From: the human T2T-CHM13v2.0 reference genome, Homo sapiens
Strand: one strand, 5' to 3'
Length of the DNA stretch: 64,000 nt
Assembly (NCBI RefSeq): GCF_009914755.1
Contig: NC_060925.1
Position 1 is the stretch's first letter. Each line of letters starts with the position of its first letter. Shown in pieces: positions 43,301 through 59,119 of this stretch. Below the pieces are notes generated by a model. It saw nothing but the letters and a program-made list of their open reading frames with translations, was not told where the DNA came from and did no database searches. Both the position numbers and the translations under genes were made by a program.

Positions 43301-46300
43301 GCGCTCTGGGGGGCCCTCCCGATGGCTGTGGGGAGGTCAGGGCTGGACAAAGGGAATCCAAAAAGCCCACCCGGTGCACTGAGTAGGTGGCACCGACGGG
43401 GGAGGGGAAGGCGGGACACACCCCAAGACCCCTGCCCCTCATTCCCGTCCCTGCATAGATCACCCAGCAACCAGGACACCCCTCCAGGGCCAGGACTACA
43501 GCCAGGGACTGTGTATGCAGACGTGGCCGGGCCTGGCCGGCCTGCCCTAACTGGAAAGGAGGCCAAGCCTCGCACCTAAGGCTGGGCTGGCACCTCCGCT
43601 GAGCCAGCTCTGGGTCTGCAGGGGTTGTGGGGGGCTCTCTGGCAACTGGACCATGAGTTCCTGCAACCCCTTCCTGTGCTCTCCTTGCCTGGGGGCAGAG
43701 TGAGGAGAGACTGGCTATTCTGCTCACGGTGTCCTTGGTCCCCGACCTCTGGATGGCCATGTCTCCGCCCCCCCACGGAGTCACCACCCAGCCTCACGAA
43801 TTCCTGGTCATCTTGAAAAACCCAGTGCAGTGGTCAGGACCCCACAGGATCTCAGGGGCTCTGCCAGAGCCCCGGCCCAGCGGTCAGGCCCCCACCAACT
43901 GTGGTCACGGTGCACCTCCGTCCCCGGCATGGAGGGCCCTGACCCCCTACACCAGCCTGTTGGGCCCCTGGCAGGGTCTGCTGAGGCCTCTGCACCTGGC
44001 GCAGAGAGGTTGGGGGCAGAGACCTTGGGAGAGGCGCTCCCTGCCCCCTGCCCCCAGCTCCCACCTCTGCTTAGGAAGGGCAAACCCTGGGCTCTGACTC
44101 TTGCCCCAGCGTTGTGAGGCGACTCAGGGGCTGCCCCAGGGAAGCAGAGAGTGATGGTGACTCAGGGGACCCCCATGTCCTTGCCCAGAACTCCCCAGGG
44201 GTTCAGCCGACCTACTGCCACCAGTTCCCAGTGGAAGCCCCTCAGCCCCCAGGTGTGAGGGCATGGGCAGTGGGGCAGGGCAGGAGCCTGGATGATGGTA
44301 TATGGGGTGGGGCGGCCCCCAACTATCTTGGCATGTTGGCCTGAGGACAGCTGGGGCCTTCACCCTGTGCCATGACCATTCCAGCTTCTTGTAGCAGCAC
44401 CTGCATTTCCCTCTGGGCAGCCCCCTTTATCCATCCTCAGGTCATGGGGAGCTTGGGTGGGGCTGACACTCCCCTGCCTAGGAGTTGGCAGATGACCTGG
44501 GCGCGGCCAGCCAGACTGGACCCCTTAGCCTCGAGGCCTTTGCTGAAGCTCATGTGAGGGGGCGACTGCCCCTGACAGGTGTTGGATTCCAGCTGCTGTG
44601 GCCCTGAAGGTGGGTGGTGGGAAGAACGGGAGAATGAAGCCAGCCTTGGGAGAGGTAGGACGCCAGCCCGGCCCAGCTGCTTCCAGCATCTGGATCCAGC
44701 CTCACCTGAAGCCAGCCACCTCCTGGACTGCAAAGTCATTGTCAACACCGAAACACAGGGTTTCTGACCATTGCAACCCAGGGTCCCGGCGTGTCGTGGC
44801 TGCAGACCCTGCAGACCCCTATGAAGATGGTCCTGCCTGCCTTGCATCGGGCCTCTAGCTAGGGACTGTGGTTGCAGACGTAGTTCTGGGACTGAGCTCC
44901 TGGTGAGAGGCCAGTGGTGAGGGAAGAGAGACCAGCAGAGAAAAGAGTGGAGCCTCGGGCTGCTAGCAGAGTGGCAGAAACCGAGCCTGCGAGAGGAAAA
45001 CATTGTTTCCCGCGGCCTCCTGCTGAGCCATGGGGACCCAGATATTGCGAAGTCCAGCTGGGGCCAACCCTAAGGAAGGAAGGAGGGAAGGGGACAGGGA
45101 GGGGTGAGGAGGAGAGGGAGGGAGTGACCTCTGCTTAGCACCTGCACTTGAGCAGCGGTGGCCTTTCACGCGCACACGCTTCCCCACCTGGAGCGCCGTC
45201 TCCAATGCTGTTTGTACACACACCAGCATTCTGACAGTCACTAAATGTTTTCTTTGAATGAGTTCACTTTTTCACCTAGAGTGCTTTCTAAAAGCAGACC
45301 ATGATCGTGAATAGTAAGTATCACTTCCATAAATAGAAAGTGTCAGAAAAATAACTATCAGACGTTTTCAGCTTCTTGTCTTGCTTGGAAGCATCAGACG
45401 GTCTCTGAAATGCTGTCCCTCTGCTCCCCAGGTTGGCCCATCCTCTGCCACAGCTTGAGCCCCACCCACGGGGTCCCTGCTTGATGAGTGCTTCCCCTGT
45501 CCTCTGAGACCCTACTTCTGCCCCCGGAGGGGTGTCTGTCCAGGGGACCCCTCAGAGGTCCCACCCAGCCACTCCTGATCTCCCCACACAGGTGACTGGG
45601 CCACGGGGGCTCGTGGGCAGCCCTGGCCAGGGCTCAGTCCTCACTGTAGCAGGGAAGCTGCCGGCCCTCTAGGCAGGCCGCCCTCTGGGAACCCCTCTTC
45701 TCTCCAACTGCCCCAGCTCCAGGACAGGTTGGAAATGCTTTTGCCTGGCAGGGGAAGGCTGGACCAGTAACGATGGAAGTCTCCAGCATTAGTGGAGACA
45801 TGGGGGCGGGGGAGCTTCCAGAGACGAGGTGTCCTGCTGGCCATGGCCTTGAGGGAACCTTGCAGCTGGCACGGGGTCTGCTGGGACTTGAGCATGTGGG
45901 TCCCTGGGGACCTGGGGAATGGCTCCGATGCTTAGGAGCTGTAAGAATGAGAGCTCCAGGGCAGCAGCCACCCGCTTCTCATGGCCCTCACGACCCGCAG
46001 CCCCTTTACCCTGGGAGCTGGGTGCCAGTGTCAGCATCCTGGCACACGTGTCCCTTAGGGCTCCCGGGAGCCACCCTTTCCTGCCCCTGTGGGTCTCCCA
46101 TTTCTCCAGCAGCAGTGACCGCTTTCTCTTCCAGAAATGTGCCCCTGTGAGCCCTTCACAACTTCTGGTCATGCCTCCAAAATTCCAGGGAGGGGACAGA
46201 GCCCCTGGTGGAGAGGTGGGTGCCCCCCACCCTCACTGCTTCTCCGCTGGTGCTGGGTAGGAGTGCCCCATTCTCACCAGATCCTGGGCTCGGAGCCCGG

Positions 46301-46797
46301 GCCAAATACTGACCTCAGTGGGATCAGAACCTGAAAGCCCCTCTCTGGGGTGACTTTCTCAAGTGCTATCCTCAGTCTCCCTGGGCTCTCGCAGGATGGG
46401 GTCCCAGTCCCTGCAGGTGCCTCAGCCCAACCACTGAAGCAGATGACACCTTGGCCCGGGCATCTCTGTGGCCCGAGCTGGGGGAGGAGGTGACTTCCTG
46501 GGTCCCATCCCAAGAGCATCCACAGTGGCGTCGCCAGTGGAGGGGTGAAGCTGAGGGGCCCCACAGACCCCAGGCCCAGGGCTTGGTGGCTGCAAGAGCT
46601 GGGAGGAGCCCCATCCTCCAGGGCCTTCAGGGAAGGTGGAGCGGACTCTTTCCCAGCAGCTGCCCGTTTCCTGCAGTGCTGGCTGCTTGTTACCGTGAGA
46701 CTGACAGGTACCCCAGAGCTGAGCTTGTGCCTGCCAGAGCCTTCATCCAACTAACCCCCGATCCTTTGGGCCCTTTCTTTCCCTTCTTTCCTTTGCT

Positions 46798-46828
<31 letters not shown>

Positions 46829-47144
46829 GTAGAGGCAGAGTCTCTTGCGTTGCCCAGGCTGGTCACACACTCCTGGCCTCAAGTGATTTTCCTGCCTCGG
46901 CCTCCCAAAGTGCTGGGATTACTGGCATGAGCCTGGCCTGCAGCGTTTTGAAGCATGTTTCTAGGGCAGGTGGTCAGCAGACCGGAAGCCACGGCCCCAC
47001 CACCCAGGCCTCTGTTTTCTCCCTGGTAGAGCAGGGATGCAGCAGCCCCGGCTTCCAGGGTCCCCCTGAGGAAGCCCAGGCCACCCAGTTCTGAGCAATG
47101 GGGGTTGGGCAGTTTCTCCAGGTCCAGTGGTTCCATTAGACCCA

Positions 47145-47280
47145 AGTGGACTGGAGCACAGTGGACCCTCAGGGCTCACGGTGGACCCTCGGGGCTCAGA
47201 GTGGACCCTCAGGCCCTCACAGCAGACCCTTAGCACTCATAGTGGACCCTCGGGCTCACGGCGGACCCTCAGGTGCTCAG
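47145..47280. repeat. 20-bp tandem repeat, about 6 copies
   Basis: Unit approx. GTGGACCCTCAGGGCTCACG. Confidence 0.8.
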
Positions 47281-47867
47281 ATACTTTGCACTTAGGAAAG
47301 GAGCTATGCCTCTTGGTGACCAGGTCACGTAGGAAATGAGCCTAACCTGGAACCCGCCCCTTGACTACCTGACCTCTAGTACAGACAGGCAGCGAGTCGG
47401 CAGGTGAGTGGCAGCAGTCAGGCCCAAAGGGCCACTGACCACTGGCTGTCCCCTGGTGCAGAGAGGAAAACTGAGGCTCAGAGGGCCCATGAGGCCAGGA
47501 AGTAGAGTCAGGTCCCACCGAGGGGCTTCTGCTGACCCAAGACCCTGTGGAGGGAACCTGGAAGTGGAGGGACCTGCAGGTGCCCTGTATTCCCCCCAGG
47601 GGCTTGCCATCCTCCTGCCCTCCCAGCGCCCAGGAGGCTGAGCCTTGGCAAGATGGCAGCTTTTGCCTAAAATGCATCAAAGTGAGCAGAAAGAGTGGTG
47701 AGCAAAGTAGAATCTGCTTGTTTCCGAGGATCAGCGAGAAGGCACATGTGAAGCTCACCCCGGTTCTGTCTGTTTCTGCTCTCCTACGAAGACCCCATAT
47801 GGAGCCAGTGACAACCGGGGCCCGTGGGGAAGGCAGGACGAGGACTGGGCCACGCTGCTCAGCACAG

Positions 47868-49150
47868 GGTCAGCTGGCTGGACTAGGGTGGGCTGGCCAG
47901 GCGCGGAGTGGGCTGGTCAGGCGTGGGCTGGGCTGGTCAGGCGTGGGGTGGGGTGGTCAGGCGTGGGGTGGGGTGGTGAGGTGAGGGATTGTCTGGTCAG
48001 GTGTGGAGTGGGCTGGTCAGGTGTGGGCTGGGCTGGTCAGGTGTGAGGTGGGGTGGTGAGGTGAGGGGTTGTCTGGTCAGGTGTGGAGTGGGCTGGTCAG
48101 GTGTGGGCTGGGCTGGTCAGGTGTGGGGTCGGCTGGTCAGGTGTGGGCTGGGCTGGGCTGGTCAGGTGTGGGGTCGGCTGGTCAGGTGTGGGCTGGGCTG
48201 GTCAGGTGTGGGGTGGGCTGGTCAGGTGTGGGCTGGGCTGGTCAGGTGTGGGCTGGGCTGGTCAGGTGTGCGGTGGGCTGGGCTGGTCAGGTGTGGGCTG
48301 GGCTGGTCAGGTGTGGGGTCGGATGGTCAGGCGTGGGCTGGGCTGGTCAGGCGTGGGGCGGGCTGGTCAGGCGTGGGCTGGGCTGGGCTGGTCTGGTGTG
48401 GACTGGGCTGGTCAGGCGTGGGGTGGGCTGGTCAGGCGTGGGGTCGGCTGGTCAGGTGAGGGGTCGGCTGGTCAGGCGTGGGCTGGGCTGCTCAGGCGTG
48501 GGCTGGACTGGTCAGGCGTGGGCTGGGCTGGTCAGGCGTGGGCTGGGCTGGTCAGATGTGGGCTGGGCTGGTCAGGTGAGGGGTCGGCTGGTCAGGCGTG
48601 GGCTGGGCTGGTCAGGCGTGGGGTGGGCTGGTCAGGCGTGGGCTGGGCTGGTCAGGTGTGGGCTGGGCTGGTCAGGTGTGGAGTGGGGTGGTGAGGTGAG
48701 GGGTTGTCTGGTCAGGTGTGGAGTGGGCTGGTCAGGTGTGGGCTGGGCTGGTCAGGTGTGGGGTCGGCTGGTCAGGTGTGGGCTGGGCTAGGCTGGTCAG
48801 GTGTGGGGTCGGCTGGTCAGGTGTGGGCTGGGCTGGTCAGGTGTGGGGTGGGCTGGTCAGGTGTGGGACGGGCTGGTCAGGTGTGGGACAGGCTGGTCAG
48901 GTGTGGGCTGGGCTGGTCAGGTATGGGCTGGGCTGGTCAGGTGTGCGGTGGGCTGGGCTGGTCAGGTGTGCGGTGAGCTGGGCTGGTCAGGTGTGGGGTG
49001 GGCTGGTCAGGCGTGGGCTGGGCTGGGCTGGTCAGGCGTGGGCTGGGCTGGTCAGGCATGGGGCCGGCTGGTCAGGCGTGGGGCGGGCTGGTCAGGCGTG
49101 GGGCGGGCTGGTCAGGCGTGGGCTGGGCTGGTCAGGCGTGGGGTCAGCCT
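47868..49150. repeat. G-rich 20/25-bp minisatellite, roughly 60 units
   Basis: Unit GGCTGGTCAGG(T/C)GTGGG(CT/GT)G with extra GGGCT pentamers. Confidence 0.95.
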
Positions 49151-49669
49151 GGCCCCTGCCCGCTGGCTGCTCCAGCAGGCTCCACCACGGCGTCAGAATG
49201 TCCGTGGTGCTCCCGTTCCCGCTGCACGTGTCATTATGTCCTCTTTTCCACCACAGGTACCATATCCTGTTCTCTTTGGAAAAGCTCTACTCCACCTGTT
49301 CCCTAATCTTCGGTGTGCTTAAGCTCTGCAGGCCTGTCTATTTTTTTTCTTTTTCTTAAAACATTATTTTCTTTTCAGGAACCTGCCAGTTCAGGGAGGC
49401 CCACCTTTCTAGAAGGTTAACAGGAACTTCCAGCCTCCAGCCTACTTAGTGACCAGCTGCTGGAGGACAGTGAGTGGCCCCTGCTGTCCGCATCTCCACA
49501 GGGGTCACCAAGCGCACTCACAGGGTCCCCCTCCACCTGGAGCAGAGAATTCGGAGGAGCCCGTCTTGCTGTCTTTTCTGATGTTGTTAAACTATGCTTG
49601 GGCCTGTCCTTTGCTGAAAGGAGCTTTCTACACAGCTGGACTTCTGAGGTGGGACCTGCCACGTGCTAA

Positions 49670-50145
<476 letters not shown>

Positions 50146-50535
50146 TGATTTCCTTCTTAAGCAGAGCTGAGTCTCTGTCTCTGTCCACACCAGTGCCTCC
50201 TGGGCCTTCCTGAGCACGTGTGGCTGGCATCGCTTCCCATCTCTGCTCCCTGTGGCATCTTGCTGTGTCCCCGGCACCTCTGCAAAGCACAGCCACAATG
50301 CATGCTGAATGCATCAACATGCAGAATTCACTCACGGGTCACACAGTTAGTCAAAAATGTCGATGCCCTGCCAGATGGAGAGATGGGAGAGAATACGGAT
50401 CCCTCCATGAGTCCAAGCCTGACGTGCACTCCCCTCGGGCCTCCTCTTCCTGTGCTCCAGGTTTTCTGTTTCAAGGCCGCTCTTCCCTTCCTTACTGTGT
50501 GTCAGCTCAGTCATGGATTTTAAACAATGCTTTCC

Positions 50536-50936
<401 letters not shown>

Positions 50937-51703
50937 TTAAAAAATAGGCCGGGCGCGGCAGCTCATGCCTGTAATTCCTGCACTTTGGGAGGCTGAGGCA
51001 GGCAGATTGCTTGATGTCAGGAGTTGGAGACTAGTCTGGGCAGCACAGCGAGACCCCTGTCTCTACAAAATGTACCAAAAAAAAATTAGCTGGATGTGGT
51101 GGCACGAGCCTGTAATCCCAGCTACTCAGGAGGCTGAGGAAGGAGAATCACTTGAGCCCGGGAGGTCAAGGTTGCAGTGAGCCATGATTGCGCCTCTGTA
51201 CTCCAACCTGGGCAACAGAGTGAGACCCTGTCTCAAAAATAATAATAATAATACCAATAAAACACATTATACAGATCTTTTATTGTTTCATTGAGAAGAT
51301 CTTGCAGGTGACCTGACTTACCATATTGCTGAAAATAGTCATTGATTTCCTTAATCATTTGATTTTCATTCAGGGGCCAAATCTGGTCCACAAATATGTT
51401 ATAAAAGTAGGTAACTGCGGCCGGGCACGGTGGCTCATGCCTGTAATCCCAAGACTTTGGGAGGCCGAGGCGGGCAGATCATGAGGTCAGGAGATCAAGA
51501 CCAGCCTGGCTAACATGGTGAAACCCCGTCTCTACAAAAAATACACAAAAAAATTAGCTGGGCGTGGTGGCGGGCGCCTGTAGTCCCAGCTACTCAGGAG
51601 GCTGAGGCAGGAGAATGGCATGAACCCAGGAGGCGGAGCTTACAGTGAGCCGAGATCGTGCCACTGCACTCTAGCCTGAGTGACAGAGCGAGACTCTGTC
51701 TCA

Positions 51704-52068
<365 letters not shown>

Positions 52069-52119
52069 TCAGCACTTAGGGAGGCCGAGGCAGGTGGATC
52101 ACTTGAGGTCAGGAGTTCA

Positions 52120-52323
<204 letters not shown>

Positions 52324-52469
52324 TCAAAAAAAAAAAAAGAAAAGAAAAAAGAAAAAACATATTGTCCTGGCTGCTGAGGGGCCTAAGGCCACACACGTGG
52401 CAGTTAGCTCAGCCGTGCACCTGTGGGAGTGACAGACCTCAGCCTGGAAGACATTATCTGTGGATCTCC

Positions 52470-53230
52470 AGTGCAAAAGTGGCCAGTACCAAAATGGAGT
52501 CACTTATGTCAAACCCTGAAAAATGGAGCCAGGAGGCCACGAAGGACGGGCTCTCCCAGGTGTGCCAGGAAAGAAACTACGGAATTTCTCAAAACCACAG
52601 TACTGCCGCTAAGCTGCCTGCACGAGGACGCTTGCCTGACAAGGGCCGTCTTCACCTCCAGATGAATGCCAACTCCTGCAACAAGCCTGATACAGTTTGG
52701 CTGTGTCCCCATCCAAATCTCATCTTGCATTTCCCACAATCCCCACGTGTTGTGGGAGGGACCTGGTGGGAGGTAATTGAATCATGGGGCCAGTTACCCC
52801 CATGCTGTTCTCGTGACAGTGAGTTCTCAGGACATCTGGTAGTTTTATAAGGAGCTTTTCCCCTTTGCTCAGCAGGTTTCTCTCCTGCAGCCAGGTGAAG
52901 GATGTGTTTACTTCCCCTTCTGCTGTGATTGTTAAGTTTCTTGAGCCACGTGGAACTGTGGGTCAGGTAAACCTCTTTCCTTTATAAATTACCCAGTCTC
53001 AGGCAGTTCTTCGTAAGACCGTGAGAATGGACTAACACAAAGTCCCCGTCACCTATGCTCTTTGCTTCAAAGCAGCTTAGGTGGGCTTCTCCTTTCTGTT
53101 TTTTTAGAAGCTTCCCCTGTCCCAGCCTCTCTGGATGTGCCTGTGGTCTGCCATAGCACGCATATCCCAAACTGCAATTCCCCGTCATTCCTGGAGAAAC
53201 TCTTTGGAGAGTCATCTCTCTGCTGTTGTG
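52470..53230 (+). mobile_element. ERV1 LTR related to the 18 kb / 29-31 kb LTRs, split by THE1
   Basis: ACCAAAATGGAGTCACTTATGTCAAACCCTG start, with CCATAGCACGCATATCCCAAACTGCAAT near the end. Confidence 0.55.
52688..53039 (+). mobile_element. THE1 (MaLR) solo LTR nested in an older ERV1 LTR
   Basis: TGATACAGTTTGGCTGTGTCCCC...AAACCTCTTTCCTTTATAAATTACCCAGTCTC...GGACTAACACA, about 350 bp. 5-bp TSD AAGCC/AAGTC. Confidence 0.88.
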
Positions 53231-54029
53231 GCCATAGCGGGCCCATTTCCTGATGCATGGAATGTCACTGCGCCAACACCACGGGTTGCAGCAGAAAGAG
53301 AGTTTTAATCCTAAGGCTGCTGTACAAGGAGATGGCGTGAAGCAAGCAGGCTGCAGGGATCTTGTGGCCATCCGGGGGTCTCCCCATTGCTTCTGGTTCC
53401 CTCGGCCCATTTCTTTGGAATCCTGCCGACGCTGCTGTTTCATCCCTCCAGCCCACAGCTAGAATCACCCCAAAAGTGGCAGCAGGCAAGTTCCAACAAG
53501 GGACTGCCTCAAACCATCCTGAGGTGGGGCTGGTTGGTCCCAAAGAAAAGAAGCACTAAACGCCAGGGTGATCGGCCCAAAGCATTTGTTCGGGGAATTT
53601 ATGTACAGAGGGAGGCAGCACATCCTCGGGCTGACAGCAAGAGATGGAGAGGTTCCACCTAGGAATGCCTGCACCCAGGGGCTAGAGTGGAGAGTTTTAC
53701 AGGAGGATTTAAGAAATGTGACTCTTGTTTCCACATATTTAGCAACATGTTTGATCTCTCAGTGTTTCAGACAACAACCTAGTTCATCAGTAACTGAGAA
53801 TACTCAAGGTCCTGGCCGGGCTTCAAGACTGCAGGGAAAGCATGCAGTGGGCCAGGCTCTGTGCTTCTCAGGCAGGACACAGAGAGAAAGCAGGGGCTCT
53901 GGTGAACCTTCCAGTAGAATAAGCAACTGTCCAGACATGGGCCCTCCCCAGGAAGTTACTAGGGGTCTTACTTCAGCAAAGTAAAGGAGTAAAGCCAGAA
54001 GGAGGAGGACGCAGATTCCAGGAAACAGC

Positions 54030-56298
<2,269 letters not shown>

Positions 56299-56669
56299 CA
56301 GGGAATCCAAGAAAGGAGACAGACAAAGTGAGTCTCAAGGATGAGAGCAGAGAAAAGCTCGAGATAAGAGCTGTGCAGCCGGGTCAGGAAGTGATCGGTC
56401 TAGGTCGGAACAGGAGAATCAGTTAGACACAACGGATGTGTTTGAGCCTTTGGAAAACGGTATCGTTAGGCATGTGGCGAAAACGTTGGGGTACTTGAAA
56501 AAAAGGCTGGCCATGGGTTAGTAAAAAGCTAGATATGTGAAAATATTAGGTAATTATTAACTCAAAAGAAAAAAAAAGATTGTACAGGAATTGTGGCATG
56601 GTTTTATACTGTAGCAGTGAACAGCAGGTACTCAATCATGAAGAGCTAAGCCTGATTTCATCACGACAG

Positions 56670-57133
56670 CTGTGAAAGTTGCAGGTACCAAAATGGAACT
56701 ACTTCCACCAATCCCTAAACAAATGGAGTCGGGAGGCCACGAAGGGGGAGCTCTCATGCAGGAATACCTGCAGCAGGCCTCCTCACAAGACGCTCCTGCA
56801 CGTCCTGCACGTTTGCCTGTAACCGGACTTACTGCAGGGAAATTCCTCAGGACTGCAGTATTCTAGATAAGCAGCTTGCACAAGGACGTCGGCCTGGTAA
56901 GGCTCTCTCCAACAACAAGCTAACGCCCACTCCTGCAGCAAGCGCCCACAGCCAGTGGTTTTTGTTACAAAACAACTTTTGTGAGCTCATCTGTATTTTC
57001 CCCTTCGCCCGGCCCTCTCAGATAGGCCTATGATCTGTCATGGCACGAACAGCCTAGGCTGCAACCCCCTGCGATTCCCAGATTAACTCACTTGTCCTGG
57101 AGAGCCTGCCTCTGGGTTTCCTTTCAGGTTGAC
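56670..57133 (+). mobile_element. ERV1 solo LTR (same broad family) about 0.8 kb upstream of the MIB2 start
   Basis: TGTGAAAGTTGCAGGTACCAAAATGGAACT...CTTTCAGGTTGACA with TG/CA termini. Confidence 0.6.
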
Positions 57134-57302
57134 AGTTTGGGAGCTAACAGGACCACGTGAGGGGTGCAGCGGGGAAGATCAGCCAGGTTCTCAGGGACCT
57201 TCTCCGGAAGTACGCAATGTCTACAATTAAGAAATGAGAGGCCGGGCGCGGTGGCTCACGCCTATAATCCCAGCACGTTGGGAGCCCTAGGAGGGCAGAT
57301 CA

Positions 57303-57855
<553 letters not shown>

Positions 57856-57964
57856 CTAAGCCGCTCGGAACCTAGCTGCGCCACGCAGGGTAGGCGACGC
57901 AGACGCTCCCGCGTGACGCACTTCCGGTGCTTGCCCTGCCCATCCCCGTGGCGGGGGCGTGGCC

Positions 57965-58138
57965 ATGGCGGGGGCGCTCCGGCGGGGGCGGGCCCTGGGC
58001 TCCCGCCCTTCGGGTCCCACAGTTTCCAGCCGCCGCTCTCCTCAGTGCCCGGTGGCCCAGGAGGGCCTGGGAGCCCGAAGCCGTCCCCGAGTCGCTCCTA
58101 GGTCACTGGCGCGATGCGGGCCGTCCTCTCGGCTGATG
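57965..58138 (+). CDS. MIB2: MIB2 (mind bomb E3 ubiquitin ligase 2) exon 1, N-terminal extension of long isoforms (may be 5' UTR in other isoforms)
   Basis: GCC-ATG-G 57965 gives MAGALRRGRALGSRPSGP...SSRLM, ending ATG|GTGCGT (donor 58139). It matches the recalled long MIB2 N-terminus. Confidence 0.8.
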
Positions 58139-59012
58139 GTGCGTGCGGGCGCGGATCTCCTCCCCTGGTCCTCCGCACCGTCCCCGAGTCGTTCTCCGCT
58201 CTGGCAGAACGCGAGCGCCGTCCGGTTCCCGCTCCCGCTGGCCCAGCAGCCCCGGGCTGGACTCGGCGTAGGGTCCGCACGGGATGGGCTGGGGCTGCGC
58301 GCGCAGCGCCGCCGCGGGGCCTCCTGGGAGTTGTGGTCCGGCCACCCGCGCGGGACTCCAGCTCCCGGCAGGCCTCGCGCGGCCCGGGGCCAGCGGCGCT
58401 GGGGTCGGCGCTGGGGTCGTCGTCCGGGCCGGGTGGGCTGCGGCGCGCGGCAGGCGCTCTGGCCTGGCCTGGCCGCCGCTGAGCAGTCGGGGCCGGTGGG
58501 TGGCCTCGAACGCCGGGACAGACCGACAGACGGACTGGCCGGCGGTCCCGCGCCCCCGAGCGGAGCGGGCGGGACGGAAACGTCCGGGCAAGTTGGGGTC
58601 GGCAGGTACTGCGCGGCCCTGGCAAGGTCTGGCAGCGGACAGGGCCGGGCGGCCTCCGCGAGCCACGGGCACGAATGACAGGGGGCGGGGCGCGCTCCGG
58701 GTGGGGGTGCCCGCCGTGCCCGCCCCTGGCCCGCCCGTTCCCCTGCGCCGGCGCCCGTGCGCGTCCCGGAGCCTCCTGACGTCTGCGAGCCGCGGCCGCC
58801 AGACCCCGGGCGCACGCAATTACGGGCCCGGCGCTGGCGGCTCCTGCGCGCTCAGACCCCAGGGAGCCCATCCGGGCAGGCGGCGGCCCTGAGTGTCGCG
58901 GCCGTGGGCCCGAGTGGACCTGGAGCCGGCGGGCAGCCCCGGGGGCAGACAGGCGACCGAGCCGCGGGTCGAGGTGCTAACTGTGCATCTTGGCATCTCC
59001 CCTCGGCCACAG

Positions 59013-59119
59013 GGTTGGAAGCCCAGCGAGGCTAGAGGCCAGTCCCAAAGTTTCCAGGCATCAGGGCTGCAGCCCAGGAGCCTCAAGGCGGCCCGGCGGG
59101 CGACTGGACGGCCGGACAG
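59013..59119 (+). CDS. MIB2: MIB2 exon 2 (107 nt); remaining exons lie right of the window
   Basis: Branch-like GCTAAC (~58976), acceptor CCACAG|GGT, GWKPSEARGQSQSFQASGLQPRSLKAARRATGRPD + AG|GTGAGC donor. In frame with exon 1. Confidence 0.88.

Noticed and set aside
47989-49359. Repetitive GW-rich ORFs (GLGWSGVGWAGQ) resembling Argonaute-hook proteins; array resembling CRISPR
   Set aside because: All three frames are open because of the 20-bp minisatellite. There are no unique spacers, promoter or splice evidence, and the context is human.
56300-56670. Unique-looking segment between LTRs, examined for a snoRNA, tRNA or retrocopy
   Set aside because: No box motifs, cloverleaf or recognisable homology could be supported.
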